Source: a virus
Direction: 5' to 3' (one strand)
Virus record (IMG/VR): IMGVR_UViG_3300008267_005791
Location: 7,159 to 71,158 of that record
DNA: 64,000 nucleotides
Shown here: piece by piece, positions 42,155-52,600 of the stretch
Layout of the letters: each line of letters opens with the position of its first letter
Numbering within the stretch: the first letter of the stretch is position 1
Position numbers and translations under genes: made by a program
Notes under the pieces: model-generated
Told to the model about the DNA's origin: nothing
What the model saw: only the letters and a program-made list of their open reading frames with translations
Databases searched by the model: none

Positions 42155-42299
42155 TTACCGACAACTTCTAGTAGAAGAATATTATTTACTAGCTAAATTT
42201 ATTCGAACATCATATAATGATTTTAATATCATGCCGACCTATATGAGAAAATATTTAATTGATAGAATAATCGAAGACAATACGCCAAAACAAGAATAA
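42138..42299 (+). CDS. gp51/GT-like extension, probably reached by +1 frameshift from the upstream chaperone
   Basis: The +1 frame reads FGLSSNYRQLLVEEYYLLAKFIRTSYNDFNIMPTYMRKYLIDRIIEDNTPKQE* with no ATG until 42231. Absent from the ORF track. Confidence 0.65.
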   Translation, partial: FGLSSNYRQLLVEEYYLLAKFIRTSYNDFNIMPTYMRKYLIDRIIEDNTPKQE

Positions 42300-42341
42300 T
42301 AAAATTGTTGTTGGCGTATTTATATATAAACACAATTTGAT

Positions 42342-44276
42342 ATGGCAAATATAGACGATAAGGATGGTATTATAGGTTCATTCAAGCAAACTATTAAAGA
42401 ACTTGGTGATGCCTTTTATACTAATTTAGACCCAGCAAGTATTAAAGGAATTTTACATGAGGTAGATACCGCGGCATCTGAAGTTATGAGAACTATGGGT
42501 GCTAGTGATAAAAATTTGGTTGCTATAAAAGCGTCGATGGGTGATGCGGCAAATAGTGTTGCTATTTTAGGTGGTAAATTTAATGATATTGTTGATATAC
42601 AAAATAAAGCGGCAACAACTTTAGGTAGAAATTTAATACTTACTTCAGAGTCTTATTCTAAATTATATGCTGCTCAAAAAGTGTCAGGTCAAGGTGTTGA
42701 TAGTATTATATCGGGATTTAAAGATGCCGGATTTTCTATGTATGACGCGTCTTCCCAAATGGAAAAAGTTGTTTTAAAAGCAAATAGTTTAGGGGTTAAT
42801 TCTTTAACGGTTTCTAAACAGGTTGTTGAAAATATGTCATCGCTTAACAAATTTAATTTTGCTAATGGTGTTGATGGTTTGGCAAAAATGGCCGCACAAG
42901 CGACAAGTTTAAGAATTGATATGAGAAGTACTTTAGACATTGCTGATAAATTGTTTGACCCTGAAGAAGCTATTAAAATGGCGGCGTCAATGCAAAGATT
43001 AGGTGTGGCTCAAGGTGATTTATTAGACCCGCTTAGATTAATGGATTTGGCTCAAAATGACCCAGCAGAACTTCAGAATCAAATTGCTAAAATGAGTGAA
43101 CAATTTGTCCGATTGAATAAAGATGGTAATTTTGAAATTATGCCGGGGGCTAAACGTCAAATGAGAGAGATAGAATCCGCGATGGGATTACCGGCGGGAC
43201 AATTGGCTAAAATGGCTTTAGGTAGTGCTGAATTGGCTGAAAAAATGAAATCTATTAAGTTTCCGGGTGGGGATGTAACTGAAGACCAAAAAACTATGAT
43301 TGCCAATATGGCTGAAATGAATAAAGGTACGGGAAAATATGAAGTTAGTTTTACAGGTGAAAAAGGTGAAAAAGTAATAAAAAGTGTTGCTGAATTAAAT
43401 AAAGGTGATATTGAAGCATTGTCTAAACAACCTAAAACACTTGAAGATGTTGCAAAATCACAACTTACTCAACAAGAGGCAATATATGCTTCTCTGGAGA
43501 CTATTAAAAATAGAACGGGACGAGCTATTGCGGGAACAAAAGTTGGTCAAGCATCATTAGACGCTCCAAGAGAATTATATAAACAATTAGAAAAAACTCT
43601 TAGTGCCGAATCTGCGTCTATTAAAACTATGAGGGAAGGAATTGATAAAAATGTTGGGGGAGTTTTAGAAGACTTTAATAAGTTCATTAAAGGAGAATCT
43701 TCATTATCTAAAGTTTTAGAGAGTTTACAATCTGCGAGTAAGAACATTCAACAAGGAGCTAAAACAGCGTTTAATGACACTAGTGATAAGGCTGAAGAAT
43801 CAATGAAAGATTTAACAAAATCTCAAAATATATTTTTAAAAATACTAACTAGTACTGGTGAAGCGTTACAAGAAACACTAAAATCTATGCCTGAATTAAA
43901 AAAATATTTTAAACCCGATGAGGTTAATGCTAACACACAGGCAATTAATATGGGTAATTCTACAACAAATGTGACTAATGTGACTAAAGTTGTTAACACA
44001 ACAAAAATAGATAATCAGATTAAGGATGATTTGAAAAAAGTTGGTATGAATAATAATCAGTTAGCCGAAACAAACACTAAACACACTCTTGATTCAAATG
44101 TTAATTTAAATATCAAGATAGACTCTAATAATCCAAATATTGATACGGCTCAATTAGCGTTGGCGTTTAAAGACCCCCAAATGATTCAGGCGATATATTC
44201 TATTGGTAAATTAGACCCAAACAATAATTTAACAAGTAGTAAAACAGGGTCTCCAACAAAACAAATGTACGCTTAA
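42342..44276 (+). CDS. Tape measure protein-like
   Basis: Ala/Met/Gln/Lys-rich helical protein directly after the tail chaperone. Confidence 0.7.
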   Translation: MANIDDKDGIIGSFKQTIKELGDAFYTNLDPASIKGILHEVDTAASEVMRTMGASDKNLVAIKASMGDAANSVAILGGKFNDIVDIQNKAATTLGRNLILTSESYSKLYAAQKVSGQGVDSIISGFKDAGFSMYDASSQMEKVVLKANSLGVNSLTVSKQVVENMSSLNKFNFANGVDGLAKMAAQATSLRIDMRSTLDIADKLFDPEEAIKMAASMQRLGVAQGDLLDPLRLMDLAQNDPAELQNQIAKMSEQFVRLNKDGNFEIMPGAKRQMREIESAMGLPAGQLAKMALGSAELAEKMKSIKFPGGDVTEDQKTMIANMAEMNKGTGKYEVSFTGEKGEKVIKSVAELNKGDIEALSKQPKTLEDVAKSQLTQQEAIYASLETIKNRTGRAIAGTKVGQASLDAPRELYKQLEKTLSAESASIKTMREGIDKNVGGVLEDFNKFIKGESSLSKVLESLQSASKNIQQGAKTAFNDTSDKAEESMKDLTKSQNIFLKILTSTGEALQETLKSMPELKKYFKPDEVNANTQAINMGNSTTNVTNVTKVVNTTKIDNQIKDDLKKVGMNNNQLAETNTKHTLDSNVNLNIKIDSNNPNIDTAQLALAFKDPQMIQAIYSIGKLDPNNNLTSSKTGSPTKQMYA

Positions 44277-44315
44277 AAATAAATATTTTGTCTATTTATA
44301 ATAAAATAATAAAAA

Positions 44316-47300
44316 ATGTCAGATAGTTCATTATCCTTTACATCATCATCATCATTTAGAAATATGCTTATGGCTAAAAATTTGGCCGCGTATAGTGTTA
44401 TGGGTGTTTATACTCCCACATCATCAGATTTAAATTATGAGGTGACTTTATCTCAATCTCCGGTTATTGATTCCCCTAATGATTTAATTGCTAATGACCC
44501 GTATGCGAAATTATTATACCCATTAAATGCGTATGGTCCGGATGGTGGTTTTAATACGGATATAACTTATAATAGAGTTTCTGTGTCTATAAACTCAAAT
44601 CAGGGTGAATATAATCCAAATGATACGGTATTAGATTTAGTTAATGAATTTTATATTGATGCGGCTTTTATCACAAACTCTTATGGTCCAGAAGGGGGTT
44701 ATAATGATATGCTTATTATTACGGACACACAAAATAATGATAAATTATATTTACCATATTGGGACCCAAGTAGTTTTGTATCATCAACCTATAGTCCGTA
44801 TGATATATTATTTTCAAATAACCCAAATGGTGATAACGGGTCATTATCTCAAGATTCGTATATTGCTAAATTAGGAGCATCTCAATTAAATTATCTTTTC
44901 CAAGAAAGAATTGCGTCTGAACTTATTAAAAATACGGTTGGACAAGTAAATTTACAATCATTACAAGACCCGTTTGAGGTTAGTATGATGGTATCGGGGA
45001 GACAACCTTTAATATATAAAAATTGGAAAATTACGGTTCCGGAAAACCCTGTTATCGCAGCGACAGATTTTGCAACAAGATTGGCGGGGGCATATTGGCC
45101 GGTTTCATTAATTCCTGGTGAATATTTTGAAGAAAATGGTTTTAATAGTAATACTAAACAAACTTCGGTTGCGTTAAATGTAGTTAATCAATTAACGGGA
45201 GGGTTTTTAGGTCCTATCTTAAATTTAAGAAGAAATCCTTCCGAAATATTTTTAAATAATACTGGTAACGGACAAAGGTCGGCATTATTCGCTAATATTG
45301 ATTATAACAGATACCAACCATCGTATGATAAAAATTATGGTGGATTATTAGGAATTGCTCAAGGATTGGTAAATCTTGCCGTTAACCTTATAAACCCTGA
45401 TAATGGTACATTAATTGGTGGTTATTATGTTGGTAGTAAAAATTCTGAACCATCAACAATAACTTCACCCCCAAATAAAGTTCCTGTGAATGCTTTTGGA
45501 CAACAAGAATCGTCTCCGGTTTATGGTCCTTCTGAATTGGGTATATTGTTTGAGGGTAACGAAGGTGTTTTAAAATTTGGTTTAGCCGGAAAATCATCAA
45601 GTGATGGTGGGGGAATTGATGGTCAATTAGTTTGGACATCACCAAAATACAAATCAAACGCCGGATTTCACGCAACGCCTGGTGGAGGAAGTGGAAGTTT
45701 AGATACAGAGTTTAATGAAATTAGTAGTAGTTTTAGTAGTTCTGAATCTACCAATATTAGTTTCAAAGAAACTTCTATATTAGACCAAACACAACGATTA
45801 GTTGATTCTGCGGATAATGTTTCGGGAATTGCTAGATTAAAACATGTTGGTAACGCGATTAATCAAGTTAGTAAGGTATTTCACGATGGTTATAAAGAAA
45901 TTACAAAAGGTTCACAAGTTGTTTCATATACAAATCAAACAACCGGTGAAAAAGCTGGAATTGAGTATTGTCGTGTGTTTACTAAAGATACTCCATATTA
46001 TACTTATGCCGATTTACAAAAAACTGAAGGTATTACAAAGGCAAATAGAGGTTTTAACAATTCAGTTTTAGATAATACATTTAATTTAAATATTGCACCA
46101 CTTTCAAATGGGTCAACGAACATTATACCGGATGTAAGTGGAACGGGGGGTTATGCTAAAAAATATATGTTCTCTATTGAGAATTTAGCTTGGAGAACAT
46201 CAAGTAAACCTGGATTTACTTATGATGAATTACCTGTTTGTGAAAAAGGTCCGAATGGGGGTAGAGTTATGTGGTTTCCACCATATGATTTAAAATTTAG
46301 TGATTCTAGTACTGCTGGTTGGAATAAACAAACTTTTTTGGGGAGACCTGAACCAATCTATACATATAAAGATACAAGTAGAACAGGTAGTTTGAGTTGG
46401 AAAATGATTGTTGACCATCCTTCTATAATGAATACGATAGTTAAAAAACAATTAAAAGATGTTAAAAACAAAGATAGAATTAACTCAATTATTGATTCAT
46501 TTTTTGCCGGATGTGTTAAGTATGACATATACCAGTTAGCGATTAAATTTAACACTATCCCAACTAAAGATTTATATACATATCAAAAAATATTAAGTAA
46601 CCCTAATTTAACAGAAGAAGAACTTAAAGGAATTAAGAAAGAAATTTCGGCTGATAATGCGGGAACAAATGGTGATTTATCAAGTGAACAAAGTAAAATA
46701 ACTCCTGACACATCAATATCGGATTTTGAAAAAAAATATAAAGAATTTGCTTTTTATTTTGATAATGATATTCCCGACCCAAAGACAAGACAAACAACAT
46801 CTTCAGTTAGGTACGATGACACCTATGGTGATTATACGGATACAAAAAATATTCAAGATTATCAAAATTATGCTAATGGTCTTTTTAATGATAGTAATTC
46901 TAATAGAAATGTGACGGAATTCTTTAATAATGTTGTTATTGATAATTTTAATTTTATCACAAAAGGTGATAGTAATTTTATTGTTGATGCTTATAATATT
47001 TTAAAAGAAAAAAAAGGTAAAATAACTATTGATATGGTTGGTTCAGCATCTGCACCGGCAGACCCATCATATAATACTTTATTATCTATTAGACGAAACG
47101 ACTCTGTTGTAAAATTTTTAAAAGAATATAAGGTTGGTGATGCTTGTTTAGGACCTTTTATTGATGATAAAACATTAATTATTAATCCCCCAAAAGGTGT
47201 TGGTGAAACAACATCGGTCCCGTCTACATCATTAGGTACTGGTCAACAGGTTAATTGTACCGAAAATATTAAAGATAAAAATGGGAAAGTAACAAGGGAA

Positions 47301-49307
47301 TCACAAAAATTTTCGGTAAGTGCTATGGCTTGTAGAAGAGTGAAGATTAATAACATTAAAGTAACTCCATCCCCAACTCCGGTACTTGAACCACCTAAAA
47401 AAGAGGTTCCATCAGGGACTGATTATATAAAACCTATTAAACCTGAACCAAATGTTAGGATTGAAGAAAATATTAAAAAAGGTATTAGTAAACAAATTAT
47501 TAGACAATTATTATCAGAATGTGATTATTTTGAGGTAATTGCTGAAAATTCACCAATGATATATGACTCAATAAAAGAGAAAATTAAGTATTTTAACCCA
47601 GCGTTTCACTCTATGACACCTGAAGGGTTAAATTCTCGTTTAACCTTCTTAAATCAATGTGTTAGACCTGGTGAGACTATACCAGTCATTGGGACAGATA
47701 ACAAACCAAGATATAATGATGCCGTTAACACTTCTTTTGGAGCACCTCCGGTTTTAGTTTTAAGAATTGGTGATTTTTACAATAGTAAAATAATTCCAAA
47801 TAGTGTTTCCTTTACTTATGAACCATTACTTTATGATTTAAACCCTGAAGGTATTGGTGTACAACCAATGTTAGCGAATGTGACGATGAGTTTTGATTTT
47901 ATTGGTGGACAAGGATTGGCTAGACCTGTAGAACAATTACAAAACGCCTTATCATTTAGTTATTATGCAAATACTGAAATATATGATGAAAGAGCGACAG
48001 CAACTGAAGATACCTCGGCATTAGATGCTAAAGTTGTAAAAGGAATATTGGATTCTCAACCTGTTGCAACAGTGAAAAATGTTGATAATAGTATTTTAAA
48101 TAATGGTGGAAATACCATTGGAAATATTCTAACAAATATTCCAATAACTGATGGTCAGACAGGACAAACGGAGTATTCTTTAATTATGGATAAAGTTTTA
48201 GATGCCACAAAAGAATATTATACAAACATTCCAAATCAGTGTGAATCTATAATAAAGTCATATAATTATGGAATATGGCAATTAATGACTCAAGATAGAT
48301 TATATAGTTCGGGTCATTTTACTATTGATGGTGGTAATTTAGATGTCCCTATCTATGGTAAACCAGGTGGTGATGGAAATGTAAGTGTTGAAAATAAAAT
48401 TGACACATTATTTGCAACTTTAATATCTGATATTAATTCGGATAACCCGTCTAATAAAAATCCAATAATAAAAGGGTTAGTTGATTTTAAGTTTACCGAT
48501 TCTGTAATACAAAAAGTTAAAACAAATTTAAATAACTATATTAATAGTTATAAGGGAGAGTTTAGTAATGGTATTTTTACTAAAATACAAGAAATTACAA
48601 CTCAAGAAGAAAGTATGGTTCAGTATTTTAGAAAAATTAATTTACTAATAACTAAAACTGATGGTAAAATACTTGAAAATGGTAAACCTAGAGTGTACAA
48701 TATTAAAGGTACAACAGAGGTTAATTCGGGTAGCGCTGGACCACCTCAAACAACATATATTGAATTAAATAATGATTATGGGTTAATTGGTAAAAATTTA
48801 CAAGAATTTGATGAATTTTTGAAAAGTGAGACTGTTAAAATAATAACTTCTGATTATAAAGAACCTGGATTGTTTAGTCCTATATCAACAAGTTTAGTAT
48901 CTATTGAAGATAAACGACAATTTATGGTATTGGCTCAAATATTTGGAAATAAAAATAAGTACAACGAGTTTATTAATAAAATTATAACGGGAGAATTATT
49001 AACAATAAAAAGTCCGTCAAATTTAAAAAATAAATTTGAAAAAATTTGTGATAATTTTAAGAAAAATGTGGATAAAGAATTATTGGAAGAATCGAACAAA
49101 ATTAAAAAGATAAAAGAATCACCTAATTATACCGATTATGTTAATAAATTAGTATATCCAAAAGGTAAATTAAGAAAATTTGAATATACAACAATTCCGG
49201 ACACTACAACAGATGCTCAACAACAAAAAGATATTATGGCATTATATAGTGGTGTAAATTCTGATACTGATAATAAAACCTACGATGGTAAAATCAAATT
49301 TAAATAA
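44316..49307 (+). CDS. Large baseplate/tube-initiator-like protein with OmpA-like peptidoglycan-binding domain
   Basis: FLGRPEPIYTY and APPVLVLRIGDFY tube-initiator-like motifs; FYFDND...GSAS...YN..LS.RR..SV...GE...RRV (OmpA C-like). Confidence 0.65.
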   Translation: MSDSSLSFTSSSSFRNMLMAKNLAAYSVMGVYTPTSSDLNYEVTLSQSPVIDSPNDLIANDPYAKLLYPLNAYGPDGGFNTDITYNRVSVSINSNQGEYNPNDTVLDLVNEFYIDAAFITNSYGPEGGYNDMLIITDTQNNDKLYLPYWDPSSFVSSTYSPYDILFSNNPNGDNGSLSQDSYIAKLGASQLNYLFQERIASELIKNTVGQVNLQSLQDPFEVSMMVSGRQPLIYKNWKITVPENPVIAATDFATRLAGAYWPVSLIPGEYFEENGFNSNTKQTSVALNVVNQLTGGFLGPILNLRRNPSEIFLNNTGNGQRSALFANIDYNRYQPSYDKNYGGLLGIAQGLVNLAVNLINPDNGTLIGGYYVGSKNSEPSTITSPPNKVPVNAFGQQESSPVYGPSELGILFEGNEGVLKFGLAGKSSSDGGGIDGQLVWTSPKYKSNAGFHATPGGGSGSLDTEFNEISSSFSSSESTNISFKETSILDQTQRLVDSADNVSGIARLKHVGNAINQVSKVFHDGYKEITKGSQVVSYTNQTTGEKAGIEYCRVFTKDTPYYTYADLQKTEGITKANRGFNNSVLDNTFNLNIAPLSNGSTNIIPDVSGTGGYAKKYMFSIENLAWRTSSKPGFTYDELPVCEKGPNGGRVMWFPPYDLKFSDSSTAGWNKQTFLGRPEPIYTYKDTSRTGSLSWKMIVDHPSIMNTIVKKQLKDVKNKDRINSIIDSFFAGCVKYDIYQLAIKFNTIPTKDLYTYQKILSNPNLTEEELKGIKKEISADNAGTNGDLSSEQSKITPDTSISDFEKKYKEFAFYFDNDIPDPKTRQTTSSVRYDDTYGDYTDTKNIQDYQNYANGLFNDSNSNRNVTEFFNNVVIDNFNFITKGDSNFIVDAYNILKEKKGKITIDMVGSASAPADPSYNTLLSIRRNDSVVKFLKEYKVGDACLGPFIDDKTLIINPPKGVGETTSVPSTSLGTGQQVNCTENIKDKNGKVTRESQKFSVSAMACRRVKINNIKVTPSPTPVLEPPKKEVPSGTDYIKPIKPEPNVRIEENIKKGISKQIIRQLLSECDYFEVIAENSPMIYDSIKEKIKYFNPAFHSMTPEGLNSRLTFLNQCVRPGETIPVIGTDNKPRYNDAVNTSFGAPPVLVLRIGDFYNSKIIPNSVSFTYEPLLYDLNPEGIGVQPMLANVTMSFDFIGGQGLARPVEQLQNALSFSYYANTEIYDERATATEDTSALDAKVVKGILDSQPVATVKNVDNSILNNGGNTIGNILTNIPITDGQTGQTEYSLIMDKVLDATKEYYTNIPNQCESIIKSYNYGIWQLMTQDRLYSSGHFTIDGGNLDVPIYGKPGGDGNVSVENKIDTLFATLISDINSDNPSNKNPIIKGLVDFKFTDSVIQKVKTNLNNYINSYKGEFSNGIFTKIQEITTQEESMVQYFRKINLLITKTDGKILENGKPRVYNIKGTTEVNSGSAGPPQTTYIELNNDYGLIGKNLQEFDEFLKSETVKIITSDYKEPGLFSPISTSLVSIEDKRQFMVLAQIFGNKNKYNEFINKIITGELLTIKSPSNLKNKFEKICDNFKKNVDKELLEESNKIKKIKESPNYTDYVNKLVYPKGKLRKFEYTTIPDTTTDAQQQKDIMALYSGVNSDTDNKTYDGKIKFK

Positions 49308-49309
49308 AA

Positions 49310-49636
49310 ATGGTAAATAAACAATATTATAATAGATATAATGGGTTTTTAAATAATGGAGAACAAAGTGTTGTTCCCTATGTTACTTTACCATCAAAAA
49401 GTACAGATAAAAGATATATCTATAAAGTTGGACAATCTAGATTAGATAAGTTATCCCAACAATATTATGGTGCGGCGAGTTTTGGTTGGTTGATTTTACA
49501 AGCAAATCCAATCTTCGGTGGTCAAGAATGGAATATTAGTGATGGTTCTATCTTGACAATTCCATTTCCTTTGATAGCTTCTCTACAGGATTATAAAAAC
49601 GAGTTAGAAAATTATTTCTTTTATTATGGTAGATAG
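49310..49636 (+). CDS. LysM-like baseplate wedge protein (gp53-like)
   Basis: RLDKLSQQYYG....WLILQANP...G..LTIP. Confidence 0.75.
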   Translation: MVNKQYYNRYNGFLNNGEQSVVPYVTLPSKSTDKRYIYKVGQSRLDKLSQQYYGAASFGWLILQANPIFGGQEWNISDGSILTIPFPLIASLQDYKNELENYFFYYGR

Positions 49637-52600
49637 TGGTGAAAATATATTAGTAGAGTTTGATTACAATAACATTAGCATTATTGACCCAAATAAGGTT
49701 ATAGATTCTGATGGTAATGTTAGTGAAAGGTTAGTTAAACAAGAAGATTTGGTTGTTTACGCCAACTTAGAATGTAAAGTTATTCCAAGAACTAAACTAG
49801 CGGTTGGTGTTGCAAATAATGACCAAATACAAACAGTATCTGTTGCTGCGATTAATTTTCTAAACCCGGGTAATAAAGGGTTTTTAGATAATAGTTATAC
49901 TGATGAATTAACAGGTAAAGATAGTTTAAAAGGTAATGGTCAAAATCAAGTAAATTTAGAATCGGTAAAAAACCCTAATAAAAGTGATGATACCTATATT
50001 AGGCAAACTTTAAAAGGTGTTACAGATAATGGACTGTTGGGTATTACTCAAATAACTATCAGACAAGGGTTAGATTTCTTACCCCAAATCAATGTTAAAT
50101 TAGAAGATATTAAAGGTAGAGCCTTATTTGAAGGTGGTGATAATTCACCTTATGCAGCATTTTTTAATTTACCATATCCGATGTTTAATTTAACTATTAA
50201 AGGTTATTATGGTAAAGCGGTTAAATTATCTTTAATGTTGCAAAACTTTACATCAAGATACGATACATATTCAAGTAATTTTGTTATTGACTTAGTATTT
50301 TACACTTATAAATACACAATATTGAGTGAAATAACTATGGGTGCGTTGCTTGCGGTTCCCCATATGTATAAATCTAGAGTTAGTGTTCAAAACAAAGTAG
50401 TGACACCATCAACAGGAACTAATAGTGATACGACTAATACTACAGATAGTGTTGTAGAAAGAGGTTTTCAGAAAGTGAAAGAAATGTATAGTGAATATAA
50501 ATCAAAAGGTATGATATCTGATGATTTTCCGGAAATTAGTTTAATGGAATTACAAAATAGACTTGAAAATTTTGTTAAGAATGTTTTAGATTCATTTACT
50601 AAACAAAATTTGGACCCATTAACGGATTTAAATGAGTATTCAAAAATTTTAGGTGAATACGATAAAGATATTTTTGCTGAGAATGGTGAGTCTTGGAGAA
50701 CTAAATATTTAGATATTAATGAATATCTTGTATTGGACAATCCTGAAAAAACTAAAGTGTATTCATTTAAAAAAGAATATACTCCCGCTAAAAAGAAAGA
50801 TGAGGCGATTAATAAATTAAAAGAATATATTACAAGTTATACAGAAAAATTAGCAAATAATAAAACTGTCGGAATACTTGGAAAGTATAAAATTAATAAT
50901 ACTGAAAAGTCAATTAACATTCCAAATAATATAACATACGAGATTTTTCCAAAGACATTACTGGTTGGAGACATAAATATTAACGAAACTTATAGACAAA
51001 GAAAAAAATCGGATGTTGACCCATTACCTCAACAATTAAACGAATTTTTGGCTGAATTAACTAAAGATAGTTTTTTAAATAATTTATTAATTAAGGATGC
51101 GGCGGGAAAAGAAACACCTGTTAATGATTATTTTATTTTTGAGGGTAAAGGTACTTTTGAATTTTTTATAGATAAAATGGGTAAGGATTTAAAAACTTAC
51201 CGGGAACAAATTGAAAATGAATTAACTGAGGCTCTATCGGAATTATTACAAAATAAAGATAATGGTATTGGGTTTGTTCCTAGTATTAGAAATGTTCTTG
51301 CTGTAATATTTGCGAATGGTGAAGCCTTTTTACGATTAATGGATGATGTTCATACTCAAGCGTGGAATGTTAGGGATGATAAAGATAGAAAAAAAGCTAT
51401 ATTAACAGGTGTTAGTTCTGATAATTTGACATCCGGGAATAATAATAAAGAACCAGTATATCCTTGGCCACAAATGATTGTTGAAACAATGACACCTGAT
51501 AAAGAAGAACAATTTGTTATTACTTATCCGGGTGATAGAACAGTTATTAATCAGACTAAAGCGTATTTACCTGAATTATGGCCTGAAGTAGAATTTGTTG
51601 AGGAATTTATAAAAGGGTATGTCCAAAGAAGTGAAAACCCTAAACCATCCACACCTAATTCAAACGAATTGACTGATGTACAAAGAATATCATTATCGGC
51701 GATTGAATTTCCGGTTAGTAATGTTGTTTTTGGTAATAAAGAAGAGATTAAATATATGTATGAAATTTATGAAAGGATATTTTTAACATCTTATTACTCA
51801 AAATTAAGTAGATGTAATAATTTTGTTTCAGAGTCTAGTCAAATTTCAGATATTGTTTCTGAAGGTGAAAGTATAAATATTATTAATAGTCTATCAACGG
51901 ATAACCCTTTTATTACTAAAAAATTAACGGAATATGGTATTAACGCATCTAATTTTGAGATACTTTTAAGACATATTTCAAATGACGGTTCTGGTGTAAG
52001 TTGGCAAAATTTTATACGAGGAATTTTCAACACATCATATATAAAAAATTTAGTTAATAATTCAAATTTTGAATTTATTGATTCTAGTATCTTAAATGAT
52101 TCAATATCACAACCGTTAGTATCGTTATCAAATGAACAAGCCTTAACTGAATATATTTCGGGGTCAACAACCACTAATTCTTTTGATTTTAGTGATATAT
52201 ACCCATTCACTGATTTTGGTTGGTGTACTAGTGAACTAGCGGATGGTGAAACTCTTTTTGATGCCAAAACATCTTTTGATACTAGAAAAGTATTAACATA
52301 TAATGTAAATAAAAAAGTAATTTCTAATTTTTTAGATACAACAAATGATGATACTAAAAGACCATTTACTAATTTTTCTTATAAAAATATACAACAACCA
52401 GTATTAGATAATCCCGATTTAAAAAATTTTTATAATGAAAGAGATTTTACCTCTCAGTTATTAACTGAAGGTAATTTAAACTATATTAACTATAGTGGAT
52501 TGGTATCGTCTTACCAAACAGTTTCTATGTTTAATACTCCGTATTTTATTAACTCAATACAGGAAGGTGTAAAAAATTTTAGAGATGATAGTGTAACTCC

